From: Acidilobaceae archaeon
GTDB lineage: Archaea > Thermoproteota > Thermoprotei_A > Sulfolobales > Acidilobaceae
Assembly: GCA_038824665.1 (NCBI GenBank)
Contig: JAWBBK010000001.1
Span: 32,001 to 96,000 of the forward strand
DNA: 64,000 nt
Reading direction: 5' to 3'
Below the pieces are notes generated by a model. It was given only the letters and a program-made list of their open reading frames with translations. It did not search any database and had not been told where the DNA came from. This document shows, one piece after another, positions 46,081 through 56,144 of the stretch (its first letter is position 1; every line of letters starts with the position of its first letter). A program made the position numbers and the translations under genes.

Positions 46081-47625
46081 GGGAGACTGGACTAGAGCCA
46101 CTCCTGGCTCAAGTTTGTCAAGAACTTCCAGATAGTCTTGAGATAAGCTCATGCTATCCGCTATCACCGCTTTGTCTCTAGCGCTCTTCAGAGCGTGAAC
46201 TATCTTGGTGTTAGCGTTTAGGAGAACTCCGTTAGGTATTGATGAAGGAGATTGAGAAGCTACAGCTAGGCTGAGTCCGTACTTTCTGGCTTCTGCAAAC
46301 AGTTGTTCTACAAAAGGTTGTTCCTCCCCTGAGAGCACGTTATGAGCTTCATCGACCACCACTAAAGAACTGTCAGCTATACTTCTTCGCTCTCTCTCAA
46401 AGAAAAGAGTAGCTAACATAAAAAGAGCATAGCTTCTTCTGGCTATCCAACCTCTAATATCGTTCAATCTGACGACCTTTATGCCTGTCAGCTCAGGCAA
46501 AGAGGTCTTTGAGAACGCCGTATAAGACCCTCTGGTCAATAAAGCGACCTTCCTGAGAAGAGCTCTCTTAACCTCTCTATCCCATCTGGACTCCTCGAGA
46601 AGCTCTTCTATCTTAACCTCTAGCTCTTTCAGATTTCTAGGTCTCGCTCCCTCGACAGCCTTTACGAGAAGATAAGACTGAGGACCGCTCAGACCTAGAG
46701 CTTTGCTCATTATGTTGACAAACGTCTCTTCGTCTTCTACCACTTCTAGAGGGTTCAAAGAGGCCTGGCCCTTCATAGGACTTAGGACATCGAAGTTAGC
46801 GCCAACAGAGGTCAGAAGGTTCGAGTACTCGCCAGTCCAGTCCAAGATCAGTACTGAGAACCCTAGCTCTTTGGCGACCACAGCAAGACGAGAAAGAGTT
46901 GTAGACTTACCGGTTCCTGTAGAACCGAACACCGCTACATGTTTCGACAAGTCATCTTTAGAGAGTCTGAACTCTCCTCCTGCGAAGTCTAAGAGTTCTC
47001 CAAAGACTATGGAACTCTCTCCGTTAAGACATGGAGAGAAGGATAGAGGAGAGTAAACCAAGGGAGTAACGAAGTTCAGACTGAGTTTTCTGAAGGCTTC
47101 TGCAAGGCTAGCGCAAACCTCACTGTCATCAATCACTTTGAGACCCGGTATAGCTGAAGGAAGAAGCTTCTTGAGGACTAGGTGCTCCTGCCCGACAACA
47201 TCGGGATCTCCCAAGACGGCAAGCACTGTGGCGGAGAGGGTTCCAGAGAGTCCTGTCACTAAAGCGTACTTAGCTGTAGTTCTCCTAGCTCTCTCTCCAA
47301 TGATCTTCGAGAGCTCTCGCGATGCCTCCTCAGTCTTCCTTCCCTTGAAGTCTAGAGCTAGAGCTCTACACGACTCCTCGAAGCCTCCTTGAGTATAACC
47401 AAGCCTTGAAGCCTTGGTCAAGAAATCACTGATAAGGCTCTTAGCCCTAAAGACAGCAAAGAAAAGCGCTAAAGCGATAACTAAGACCCAAAGCGCAAAG
47501 AGAAGTCTACTCGTTTCCACGAGTTCTAAGACTGTAGCCAAGGTCGTAAAGAAGAGCGCTACAGAAATTGTGACGACAACCAGTCTTACAGCGAGCGGAA
47601 ACCTTTCAAGAAAGGAGGTCTCCAA
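46042..47625 (-). CDS. Membrane-anchored HerA/VirB4-like ATPase
   Basis: Two N-terminal TMs; HVAVFGSTGTGKST, LDWTGEY, DEAH, EARKYG, SQSP. Confidence 0.85.
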   Translation of the reverse strand: METSFLERFPLAVRLVVVTISVALFFTTLATVLELVETSRLLFALWVLVIALALFFAVFRAKSLISDFLTKASRLGYTQGGFEESCRALALDFKGRKTEEASRELSKIIGERARRTTAKYALVTGLSGTLSATVLAVLGDPDVVGQEHLVLKKLLPSAIPGLKVIDDSEVCASLAEAFRKLSLNFVTPLVYSPLSFSPCLNGESSIVFGELLDFAGGEFRLSKDDLSKHVAVFGSTGTGKSTTLSRLAVVAKELGFSVLILDWTGEYSNLLTSVGANFDVLSPMKGQASLNPLEVVEDEETFVNIMSKALGLSGPQSYLLVKAVEGARPRNLKELEVKIEELLEESRWDREVKRALLRKVALLTRGSYTAFSKTSLPELTGIKVVRLNDIRGWIARRSYALFMLATLFFERERRSIADSSLVVVDEAHNVLSGEEQPFVEQLFAEARKYGLSLAVASQSPSSIPNGVLLNANTKIVHALKSARDKAVIADSMSLSQDYLEVLDKLEPGVALVQSPSCSRVVLVRVKL

Positions 47626-47708
47626 GACTACCCTCTGACATCTTAGAGCTTCTTAAAGAGGACCTCTGAGAAAGTGTTTTTGTGTGACCAGAACTAATCT
47701 TAAACTTT

Positions 47709-48047
47709 CTAGAGCTTTTTAAAACATAGATAGTATTTTTGCTCTAGTTGAAGGCCTAGAGGAGGCTTGAACCTAAACACTATTCCCCAGATCGACAACA
47801 CAGTCTCCCCTATCTTTTCATCAACAACCAAATAGCCGTGACCGCAAAAGTTCTGTTCGTCAAGGTTTTTGGGTTTCTCTTCGCTTATAGAGAGTTCCAA
47901 CACATCTCCCTCTTTGACTTCATAGATGCTCTCGATAACGTCAAAAATCGCAACGCCTTTCTCGTACTCTGCCGTAGCTATAGACTGACCTCTGATAAGT
48001 CCGGGTCTGACGCTCGTGATTTTAGCCTTTAGGTTTACCTCGACCAC
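47709..48047 (-). CDS. rpo8: RNA polymerase subunit Rpo8 (RpoG)
   Basis: FD......EGD, FCGHGY.V, LS.WG; located next to Sm/tgtA. Confidence 0.82.
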   Translation of the reverse strand: MVEVNLKAKITSVRPGLIRGQSIATAEYEKGVAIFDVIESIYEVKEGDVLELSISEEKPKNLDEQNFCGHGYLVVDEKIGETVLSIWGIVFRFKPPLGLQLEQKYYLCFKKL

Positions 48048-48231
48048 TTTAGCGCTTCACCTAAGCCTCTCTAATTTCGTAACGTTATATCTTATTTGCT
48101 GATGAAGCGTTTATAAGTGTTTATGCCTAAAACAGACCTCGAACGATAAGACAAGAGCGAAAGCAGTTCGAAAAGGAAAGAAAATAAGCTTAAAGACCTG
48201 CCCTTCAGCTGTAGGCAGGGGGTGAGTTCAG

Positions 48232-48678
48232 ATGTCTATACCCTCGGAGGCTAGCAGAAGGCTTTACTCAAAGCTGTCAAGTCTGTTAGACAAAGAGGTA
48301 TCGGTTAAGCTGACGAACGGTAGACTCTACAAAGGGAAGCTAGGCGGTCTCGACTTTAGCAATCTAAACATGATACTAGAGAAAGCCGTAGACTCAGATG
48401 GTCGCACTTGGCCTCTTGTTTTCATAAGCGGCACAAGCATAAGCGAGGTGATTCTTGAAGAGGGCTCTGTTTTCGACGCTAAAGAGTTCGCTGAGTTCCT
48501 AGCGGTTCAAGGAGGGATTGGGAGACATCTCATAAAAATCTACGAAGACGTTAACATAGTAGAGATAGGCAAAATGATTAGAGTCAGCGCCAACGGTATA
48601 GAGGGCTCAGGTCCTATGGCTCAAAAGATACACACTCTTTACCTAGAATACCTTAGATCTAAAGGTGTCAGAGTTTAG
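48232..48678 (+). CDS. Sm-like protein with C-terminal domain (SmAP3 type)
   Basis: LLDK.V.V.L..G..Y.G.L.G.D...NM.L; FDAKEFA extension. Confidence 0.88.
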   Translation: MSIPSEASRRLYSKLSSLLDKEVSVKLTNGRLYKGKLGGLDFSNLNMILEKAVDSDGRTWPLVFISGTSISEVILEEGSVFDAKEFAEFLAVQGGIGRHLIKIYEDVNIVEIGKMIRVSANGIEGSGPMAQKIHTLYLEYLRSKGVRV

Positions 48679-50203
48679 CTCCTTTTTTGAGATAAAAGAT
48701 GTAGACCTAGCTGGGAGAATTGGAAGACTCAGAATTAGAGGTAAGAGTTTAGAGACTCCTGCCTTCTTTCCTGTGATAAACGTCCTCAAGCAAGAAGTGA
48801 GCATAGAAGAGATCGAAAAAGCGGGTTTCAAACAGCTTATAGTTAACGCCTACATCCTTAAGAAGAGATATGGAGACTTAGTAATTCAAAAAGGAGTGCA
48901 CTCCTTTCTGGGCTTCGACGGAGTAGTGATGACTGATTCAGGAGCCTATCAGATCCTCGAATATGGAGACATAGAATTCGAACAGAAAGAGATCATAGAT
49001 TACGAGAAAGCCATAGGAAGCGATATAGCTGTCATCTTAGACATACCTACAGGCGACGTAGATTACGAGACCGCTAAGAAGACTGTAGAAGAGACTCTTA
49101 GAAGAGGGAGAGAAGCAGAAGCTATGATAGAGGGTTCTGACCAAGTCTGGCTCATGCCTGTCCAAGGAGGCAGATACTTAGACCTTGTTGAAATGTCTGC
49201 ACGAGAAGCAGCTAGCATGAAAGGATACTCTATGTACGGTATAGGTAGTCCCACAGTCTTTCTCGAAAGATACGATTTCGATGTAATTCTCGATATGATC
49301 TACACAGCTAAGAGACGTCTTCCTGAAGGCAAGCCTGTTCATCTCTTCGGAGCTGGACATCCTCTCATACTGCCGTTCGCTATAGCGCTAGGGATCGACA
49401 CGTTTGATTCAGCATCCTACATCCTTTATGCTAGAGACGAGAGATACATGTTGGAAAGCGGAGTCTACGACCTTAAAGAGCTCGACTACTTGCCTTGTAA
49501 CTGTTCAGTCTGTTCTTCTAAATCCGTAGAGGACCTGAAGACTGCAGAAGCTAGTGAAAAAACGAGATTGCTTGCGCTCCACAACCTCTATGTGATAAAG
49601 AAGAGCATAGAGAAGACCAAACAGGCTATCAGAGAAGGAAGGTTATGGGAGTACCTTGTGGAACTTTCGGCAAGTCATCCCAAAGCTTACGAATGTCTCC
49701 TCAAAATGAGAAGGTATATGAAGTATCTTGAAGAACGCACTCCTGAAGCCGAGGGGCGCATCAAAGCTCTGAGGTTTTCCAGACTAGAGAGCGTGTGGAA
49801 CCCTAAGGTCATTAGGTATTATAAGAGAATAGCCTCTGTTCTAGACGGACTTCTCAAAAAAGCTGAGAAGCTGATCCTTAGGCCTTTTCTAGACGAGACC
49901 GAGTGTCTCCTAGATTACGACTTTGAGAGAAGAGACCAGGCGATAGTGATATACTATAGACCGTACTTAGGACTCATCCCTGAAAAGCTGTGTGGAACTT
50001 ATCCTACCACTCAAAGCGTCTTCAGCGGTCTTCAAGACTCTAGGGTCGTAGACCTTTTGGCGAATTCTGTGAGAGCTTTGGCGAGCAAAGCCAAAAAAGA
50101 AGGTGTCCAAGTGGTCGTCGAGTATTGTAACAGAGTCTATTGGCAAAGGGCTGTAGGGGTTGAAGCTCGAGAGCTAGGACTAGAGGTTGTTGAGAGGTGT
50201 TGA
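48665..50203 (+). CDS. tgtA: Archaeosine tRNA-guanine(15) transglycosylase
   Basis: ETPAFFPVIN, TDSGAYQ, LDIPT, QGG, HLFGAGHP, FDSASY, CNCSVC...HN. Confidence 0.95.
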   Translation: MSEFSSFFEIKDVDLAGRIGRLRIRGKSLETPAFFPVINVLKQEVSIEEIEKAGFKQLIVNAYILKKRYGDLVIQKGVHSFLGFDGVVMTDSGAYQILEYGDIEFEQKEIIDYEKAIGSDIAVILDIPTGDVDYETAKKTVEETLRRGREAEAMIEGSDQVWLMPVQGGRYLDLVEMSAREAASMKGYSMYGIGSPTVFLERYDFDVILDMIYTAKRRLPEGKPVHLFGAGHPLILPFAIALGIDTFDSASYILYARDERYMLESGVYDLKELDYLPCNCSVCSSKSVEDLKTAEASEKTRLLALHNLYVIKKSIEKTKQAIREGRLWEYLVELSASHPKAYECLLKMRRYMKYLEERTPEAEGRIKALRFSRLESVWNPKVIRYYKRIASVLDGLLKKAEKLILRPFLDETECLLDYDFERRDQAIVIYYRPYLGLIPEKLCGTYPTTQSVFSGLQDSRVVDLLANSVRALASKAKKEGVQVVVEYCNRVYWQRAVGVEARELGLEVVERC

Positions 50204-50211
50204 GCTGGTGT

Positions 50212-50946
50212 TTACATATACATGCCTTTCGCTTCTTCTGTCGTTCTCGATGCTTCGCTCTCCAACACTCTGATGATCTTTTCTATTTCATCTCTTTGTT
50301 TCTTAGCTAAAGCCTCAAGTTCTTCGAAATCTAAGTCTGTGTTGAGGAGGTCTCTCGCTACCACTTTGACAGCAACGAGAACAGCATCGTAGTCTATGGT
50401 TTCAGGAAAGGTATAAGAGAGAACCATCACTGCAGGGATCTCTTTGATATCTGAAAGCATGTAGAGGTAAGCCAAAGGACCTATCACTCCAAGCCCTTCT
50501 TCAAGCTCTGGAGCGGGGAGTTGAGGTCCTTTATACTTAGAGTTCTTAAGCCATCTGTAGCCGAAAGTCTCGTTTTTGTGTTTGAACTCCTTATTAAGTC
50601 CACCGATTAGGATCATGTGGCTGAAGCCAACTCTCTCTACCCATTCTGTTAGACCTTTCCCATACTCTACTAGGGACCTACCCTGAGGAACAGCTCTGTT
50701 GATGATTATAGTCGCTTTGTGTTTAGGAGAGTAGTATATCTCATAGGGGTACCCTACTCCGTCTTCTTCTACAGCTATAAAAGCTGGAGTGTCTTTGAGC
50801 AAGATAACGCCAGCTTTTTCTGCCTTGAGGGCTAACGCTAAATGTTTAGAAGCCAGATACCCTACCATCCCAAAACCTCTGAACCCAGTTATTAAAACTG
50901 AACCTCTCAGTTCGTCTTCGCTAAATCTCTTCAAGACTATCTCCAA
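50212..50946 (-). CDS. PAC2-family proteasome assembly chaperone-like protein
   Basis: ITGF.GFGMVGY; IGGL; C-terminal MYM HbYX motif. Confidence 0.85.
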   Translation of the reverse strand: MEIVLKRFSEDELRGSVLITGFRGFGMVGYLASKHLALALKAEKAGVILLKDTPAFIAVEEDGVGYPYEIYYSPKHKATIIINRAVPQGRSLVEYGKGLTEWVERVGFSHMILIGGLNKEFKHKNETFGYRWLKNSKYKGPQLPAPELEEGLGVIGPLAYLYMLSDIKEIPAVMVLSYTFPETIDYDAVLVAVKVVARDLLNTDLDFEELEALAKKQRDEIEKIIRVLESEASRTTEEAKGMYM

Positions 50947-51416
50947 GACTTTTCCACCTTGCTTTCTCTAAGCCTGACTACCTCTCCGCGCTCGACGCTT
51001 TTAACTGCGGCTGGAGGAAGCCTTAGCCTTCCTACACCCACGAGGGTGTCTCTTTCGTCTACTACTATCACCTCTGCTCCCGCTCTTACCATAGGGTCAA
51101 TGTCTAAAACTATGGGTCTCAACACAGAGCCTTTGATGAAGTCTATTCTTGAAGAGTCTATAATGACTCTATGTCTAGGAGGTTCAACACACTCTCGTAT
51201 TATCTCGCCAGCCTTTAAGGTCAAGGCAAAAAGGCCTATGGTAGGCCTTAAGGTAAGAAGTCTCTCACCTTTTAGCAACACGTCTCTTATCCTTCCTCTA
51301 GGTGAGAGCATCACATCCATATCTCTCTCGTACTTCATGAAGCATTCAGCTACCTCTACTCCGAACTGATAGGCTAGAACTGAGTACACTCTAAGAGCTA
51401 GCGTTTCACTCAACAC
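50937..51416 (-). CDS. PUA-domain protein (ArcTGT C-terminal-like)
   Basis: YQFG, GRIR.V, TLRP..G...LT..G, R.G.EV.VVDE...L.GVG. Confidence 0.85.
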   Translation of the reverse strand: MLSETLALRVYSVLAYQFGVEVAECFMKYERDMDVMLSPRGRIRDVLLKGERLLTLRPTIGLFALTLKAGEIIRECVEPPRHRVIIDSSRIDFIKGSVLRPIVLDIDPMVRAGAEVIVVDERDTLVGVGRLRLPPAAVKSVERGEVVRLRESKVEKSWR

Positions 51417-51707
51417 TGAGAGCCCTCTTATGAGAGACTAGCTTAGAGCAGATTAGGATTAGTCGAATAGCCGTTTTGCCCTAAGCTTCTGTATGCTTTA
51501 TTAAAGCAAGCTAAGCCTCCACCTTGCAGACGACCTTTGAACTCAACAATACACAGAGTTCACGTCTAGCTTAAGCTTTGAAACTTAAGACAAACATCTC
51601 ACTATCGCTCAGAACTTTGTCTTGGACTCACTCAGAAGGTCAAAAGCCTGCTAAGTATCTTAGAACCCTACAAAAAGCCTCTTAAAAACATAACGCGCTG
51701 AAGTATC

Positions 51708-52022
51708 TCAGCCCTCGCTTTCGACCGCTAAAATCGGAAAGCCCGAAAGTTTAGGAAGAGACAAAGACTCCTCTAATACCTTGAATACCGCTTCGAGTAA
51801 CGCGTAAAACGACGGAGGCTCTCCGAGAGCAACCAATTTATCTTCTACATAGACTACTGGTATCCTCTCAGCCTCGCTATCTGTCTCTCCTATTGGAAGT
51901 TCCAAGACGTCCACATCTACTGAGATCCCGTAGGTTGAAGCCACAAACAACTGGAAGTCTTTCAGAATCCTCCGAGTTGTATCGCTCTTCCAGTCAAACC
52001 CTAGATAAGCCTTAACTCTCGT
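51708..52022 (-). CDS. Hypothetical thioredoxin-fold-like protein; probable ACG start at 52022 (104 aa)
   Basis: GGTGA SD + 6 nt + ACG; (M)RVKAYLGFDWKSD...; P.V.VED..V..G.P. Confidence 0.65.
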   Translation of the reverse strand, partial: TRVKAYLGFDWKSDTTRRILKDFQLFVASTYGISVDVDVLELPIGETDSEAERIPVVYVEDKLVALGEPPSFYALLEAVFKVLEESLSLPKLSGFPILAVESEG

Positions 52023-52127
52023 AGATCTTCACCGCTAGCGTTTAAAGTTAGCGAGGAGTTTTCGTGAGCGACCACAGTAACACCTAATAATCTTAGCGTT
52101 AAGAGTATCGTAGGTCCCGCTCAGGAG

Positions 52128-52448
52128 GTGAGAGATTTGGTGAGGACGCTTAACACTAGCAATAAAGAAGCTCAAGAGGACAGCGAGGAGAAGAAATGGG
52201 TCTCCTTAATGATGAGGTCTGCCAAAAAGTACCATAGACTCTGTCCCTACTTCGACAAGAAGACTCTCGTATGCTTGATCTCTGTGAACGTCGAGGGGAA
52301 ACAAGAGAAATGCGGTAGAGAGGGCAAGTTTGAGGGATGTCCGGTCTTAGCGAAGCTTTTAGAGAAGGCTTACAAACATTATAAGGAAAGAGGTAAGGCT
52401 TTACCTAAAGATTTTCAGGACGTGGTGAGCCAGGCGTTTTTGCTCTAA
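52128..52448 (+). CDS. Cys-rich hypothetical protein
   Basis: CPYFD....C...C.R.G.F.GCP; LP.DF.D. Confidence 0.75.
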   Translation: MRDLVRTLNTSNKEAQEDSEEKKWVSLMMRSAKKYHRLCPYFDKKTLVCLISVNVEGKQEKCGREGKFEGCPVLAKLLEKAYKHYKERGKALPKDFQDVVSQAFLL

Positions 52449-52451
52449 CCG

Positions 52452-52688
52452 CTAGCTAGTTTGTTGTTCGCCTAAGATCTGAAAGTAGAGCTTCCTGATA
52501 GGACAGAACTCCCACAGAGCTTCGCATTTGTACACGGATGAACTCGTTAGATAGCGTTCGCTTAGATTGCACCGAGCTACATAAACTCCTTGTCTTTCCT
52601 CTACGCTAAAGAACTGACAGCGAGACGAAGGCTTACGGCTTTGTGCGTAAATCCGAATAAAAGAGATTTTGTTAGCTTTGCTTGACAG
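52452..52688 (-). CDS. 78-aa four-Cys protein with CTG start (missed by ORF track)
   Basis: GGAGGTG + 6 nt + CTG; MSSKANKISFIRIYAQSRKPSSRCQFF...ARC...YLT...KCEALWEFCPIRK; fills the gap downstream of pan. Confidence 0.8.
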   Translation of the reverse strand: MSSKANKISFIRIYAQSRKPSSRCQFFSVEERQGVYVARCNLSERYLTSSSVYKCEALWEFCPIRKLYFQILGEQQTS

Positions 52689-52727
52689 AGTTTACACCTC
52701 CTAGGTTACTTCTGCTAGAGAACGGTT

Positions 52728-53873
52728 TTAATAAGTCAGAGCGCTCTCTAAAGACCTCTTGCCTCTCATAGACTTCACTTTCTCTATCGCTATCTTGAAG
52801 TCCTCTGAAGAAATAACGCTAGAACCCTTCCTTATAGCGTTGTAAGCCGCTTCCACAACTAACGACTTCAGCTCAGCTCCGCTAAACCCTTCTGTGAGAA
52901 CAGCTATCTCTTCCAAATCCACATCAGGAGCTAGAGGAGTTTTCTTAGTATGTATCTTCAGAATAGAGAGCCTTCCTTTCTTGTCAGGTAGAGGGAACTC
53001 TATGATCTTATCGAACCTGCCTGGTCTCAACAGAGCTGGATCAAGAATCTCTAATCTGTTCGTAGCCGCGACTATCTTAACGTTTGAAAGAGAGGAGAAG
53101 CCGTCTAGCTCTACGAGAAGTTGAGCTAGTGTTCTGTGGACTTCTCTCTCGCCACTTGTTCCAACTTCCAGCCTACGACTTCCTATTGCATCGATCTCAT
53201 CGATAAACACTATTGAGGGGGCTTTGCTTTTAGCGAGCTTGAAGAGTTCTCTCACGAGACGTGCTCCTTCTCCAACAAATTTGTTAAGCAGACTACTTGC
53301 GCTTAAGCTGATGAAGGTAGCTCCCGCTTCTCTCGCAAGAGCTCGAGCTACAAGAGTCTTCCCTGTGCCAGGAGGACCGTAGAAAAGAACTCCTTTAGGT
53401 GGCTCTATCCCCATCTCGACGAAAAGTTTAGGTCTTTTAAGAGGTAAGATTATAGCTTCGTATATCTCATCGAGCTGAGCCTCGAGACCTCCTACATCAT
53501 CGAAGCTCACGGGAGGGGTCTCTTCAACTAAGAAAACAGAGACGAGAGGATCAGCTCGATCAGGAAGCACATCTACTATCGTAGAGCCTCTGCTGTTAAG
53601 AGCTACGGTCACTCCTGGTCTTAGTTTCTCTCTATCGACATGACTGGCTACGTTGACTACTAGATTAGGTCCCGAACTGCTTCTAACTACTACTCTATCG
53701 TTGTCTATAACGTCTATAACTGTAGCCTCTATGAGAGGAGGAGACAGGAGCTTTGCTACCTCGTTTTTATAGTATTCAAGGTCGCGCTCAAGAGCAAGCT
53801 TAGCCTGAGTGAGGAATCTAACCTTCTCTCTCAAAGCATCTTGCTCACTTAGTTGTAGCTGAGCGGGTTGCAC
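52728..53873 (-). CDS. pan: Proteasome-activating nucleotidase
   Basis: Coiled coil + OB fold; GPPGTGKT, DEID, ATNR...DPALLRPGRFD; GTG 53873 preferred. Confidence 0.93.
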   Translation of the reverse strand: MQPAQLQLSEQDALREKVRFLTQAKLALERDLEYYKNEVAKLLSPPLIEATVIDVIDNDRVVVRSSSGPNLVVNVASHVDREKLRPGVTVALNSRGSTIVDVLPDRADPLVSVFLVEETPPVSFDDVGGLEAQLDEIYEAIILPLKRPKLFVEMGIEPPKGVLFYGPPGTGKTLVARALAREAGATFISLSASSLLNKFVGEGARLVRELFKLAKSKAPSIVFIDEIDAIGSRRLEVGTSGEREVHRTLAQLLVELDGFSSLSNVKIVAATNRLEILDPALLRPGRFDKIIEFPLPDKKGRLSILKIHTKKTPLAPDVDLEEIAVLTEGFSGAELKSLVVEAAYNAIRKGSSVISSEDFKIAIEKVKSMRGKRSLESALTY

Positions 53874-53973
53874 TCGACCCCTTCCAGCTTCTAGCTCGCA
53901 GAAGATTTTTATTAGAGGAACCAATTAATACCCTCAAGCGATACTCCGTTAATACGTGAGCGAGGTCTAAAAC

Positions 53974-54489
53974 ATGACTTCTAGCGTCTGTGAGGTCTGC
54001 GGAAAGGTCGTAGAGAGGGTTGTGAAAGCTACGGTCGACGATGCTGAGCTCAGCCTCTGTCCGCTTTGTCTCTCCAAACTAGGAAAGAGAGCTAAAGTGA
54101 TAGAAGAGGAGACGAGAAGAACTCTTGCTCAGAAGAAATCTCAACAAAGTCAAACTAAGCGTCAGACTTCCGTTAGAACTTCTCAATCGATTGAGATTTT
54201 AGACCTCGTAGAAGGCTACGGCGACGTGATTAGAAAAGGGCGTGAGAAAAAAGGATGGACTCAAGAGGTTCTAGCCCAAAAGCTAAGGGTCAGTGTAGAC
54301 GTGGTTAGGAAAATAGAGAGCGAGAAGTACAAACCTCCTATAGACTTGGCTAAGAGGATAGAGAAGTTGTTAGGAGTGAGATTGCTCACTTCAACTGAAG
54401 AAGAGCCTTTAGGAGAAGTTCCTAACCTCCGAGGAACCACCTTAGGAGAGGTGGTGGTGGTTAGGAGAGAAGAAAAGCAAAACAGCTAA
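53974..54489 (+). CDS. mbf1: Archaeal MBF1 (Zn ribbon + HTH)
   Basis: CEVCG...CPLC; RE..G.TQE.LA; TLGE. Confidence 0.92.
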   Translation: MTSSVCEVCGKVVERVVKATVDDAELSLCPLCLSKLGKRAKVIEEETRRTLAQKKSQQSQTKRQTSVRTSQSIEILDLVEGYGDVIRKGREKKGWTQEVLAQKLRVSVDVVRKIESEKYKPPIDLAKRIEKLLGVRLLTSTEEEPLGEVPNLRGTTLGEVVVVRREEKQNS

Positions 54490-54508
54490 GAGCTTCAACG
54501 CATATCTC

Positions 54509-55609
54509 GTGATCCCTAAGCGTGCCTCTGATCAGCTAGAAGAGGCTCTAGCTCTAGCTGAGACTGCAGGATATAATATCTCTAGGATTTGGAAGACCCG
54601 ATACTCTTGGGGCGTAGGTAGAGGGCTTCTAAAAGAGATAAGTGAGAAAGCACGAGAAGAGAAGCCTCAGGCTATCATATTTTACGGAAACGTAAAGCCC
54701 TCTTCTTATTTCAAGCTGGCTAAAGAGACAAAAGCGAAGGTCTTGGATAGAGTTATGTTGATATTAGAGATCTTTTTAAAGCATGCTGGAAGCAAGGAAG
54801 CTTTGCTCCAAATAGAGATAGCCAGATTGAGACACGAACTTCCTCTAGTGAGAGAATTCGTCAGGAGGAAAAAGCTAGGAGAGCTACCGGGTTTTCTAGG
54901 ATCTGGAGGCTACGCTACCGATAGCTACTATAGACACCTCACGAACAGATTGGCTAAGCTAAGAGATGAGCTAGAAAAGCTCAGAGAAATTAGAAGACGT
55001 CATGCTCTCTCTAGGATAAGCCTAGGGTTACCTCACATAGCTATAGTAGGCTACGCTTCAGCAGGGAAAACCACGCTTTTCAATGCAATAACCGGAGAGA
55101 ATCAACCTACGGGCGAAGAGTACTTCACAACTCTTCATCCGAAACGCTCTTCAAGAGTGCTCAACGGCGCTAAGCTCGTGTTTGTAGATACGGTCGGTTT
55201 CATAAGAGATGTGCCTCCTGAGATCATTGAAGCTTTTCATTCAGTGTTAGAAGAAGTCAGACTTGCCGACTTGATCTTGTTTGTTGTAGACGTCTCTGAA
55301 GAGTCGAGAGTTCTCAAGGAGAAGCTAGAAGCAGGACTACAGGTGCTCTCTAGAATTGAAGCCATAGGGGTCCCTCTTGTTGTCGTTGCTAACAAGATAG
55401 ACAAGGTGTCTCTCGAAGACCTGAAGGTTAGAACGTTGGTCATAGAAGAGGTCTGTTTAAACAAGGGAGTAAACTGTAGGATCGTACAGGTCTCAGCGTT
55501 GAAAAAGATAGGTTTAGATGATCTCCTGAATACTGTGCTTGAGCTGTTAAACTCTAAGCTCAGCGAAAAGCAGAGTTCAAGAGGTCAGAGAGTTCTTGCA
55601 CCCAGCTGA
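54509..55609 (+). CDS. hflX: GTPase HflX (start may lie slightly upstream)
   Basis: [37 protein letters not shown]. Confidence 0.94.
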   Translation: MIPKRASDQLEEALALAETAGYNISRIWKTRYSWGVGRGLLKEISEKAREEKPQAIIFYGNVKPSSYFKLAKETKAKVLDRVMLILEIFLKHAGSKEALLQIEIARLRHELPLVREFVRRKKLGELPGFLGSGGYATDSYYRHLTNRLAKLRDELEKLREIRRRHALSRISLGLPHIAIVGYASAGKTTLFNAITGENQPTGEEYFTTLHPKRSSRVLNGAKLVFVDTVGFIRDVPPEIIEAFHSVLEEVRLADLILFVVDVSEESRVLKEKLEAGLQVLSRIEAIGVPLVVVANKIDKVSLEDLKVRTLVIEEVCLNKGVNCRIVQVSALKKIGLDDLLNTVLELLNSKLSEKQSSRGQRVLAPS

Positions 55610-56144
55610 CGTTTATGGTAAGGTTTACGTATTGAGACTTGGACACAGACCTCTTAGAGATAAAAGAGTGACCACTCACGTAGGGCTTGTAGCCAGAGCT
55701 TTCGGAGCTAACGGCTTTGTGTTAGGAGATATATGTGATGAAGAAGTCATCAATAGCCTCAAGAAGGTGTTGAGCTTATGGGGAGGCTCTATGCATATAG
55801 AGTGCGGTATCGGTAGTAAAGACTACGTTAGGTCCTGGCGCTCCAACGGCGGAGAGATCATTCATCTCACAATGTACGGGCTGAGCCTAGATGACGTTGT
55901 AGACGAGATAAGGTCTTCCCCAAAGCCGAAGCTGATAGTAGTCGGCTCTGAGAAAGTGGAGAGGTTCTTTTATGACAACGCAGACTATAACGTAGCTGTC
56001 GGAAATCAGCCTCACAGCGAGGTCTCAGCCCTAGCTTTGTTTTTAGATCGGCTTTATAGGGGTTCCTGGACTCATATTATCTTTGAGGGGGCCAAACTCA
56101 AGATAATACCGTCAGAGAGAGGTAAGAAGGTGATACGTCTGTGA
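55596..56144 (+). CDS. trm56: tRNA (cytidine56-2'-O)-methyltransferase
   Basis: [35 protein letters not shown]. Confidence 0.95.
   Translation: MHPADVYGKVYVLRLGHRPLRDKRVTTHVGLVARAFGANGFVLGDICDEEVINSLKKVLSLWGGSMHIECGIGSKDYVRSWRSNGGEIIHLTMYGLSLDDVVDEIRSSPKPKLIVVGSEKVERFFYDNADYNVAVGNQPHSEVSALALFLDRLYRGSWTHIIFEGAKLKIIPSERGKKVIRL

Noticed and set aside
48099-48175. CTGATGA suggesting a C/D sRNA
   Set aside because: It overlaps a BRE/TATA element, and the downstream D boxes and spacing are poor
48663-48680. TTT start for tgtA behind AGGTG
   Set aside because: An in-frame GTG at 48665 near the upstream stop explains initiation adequately
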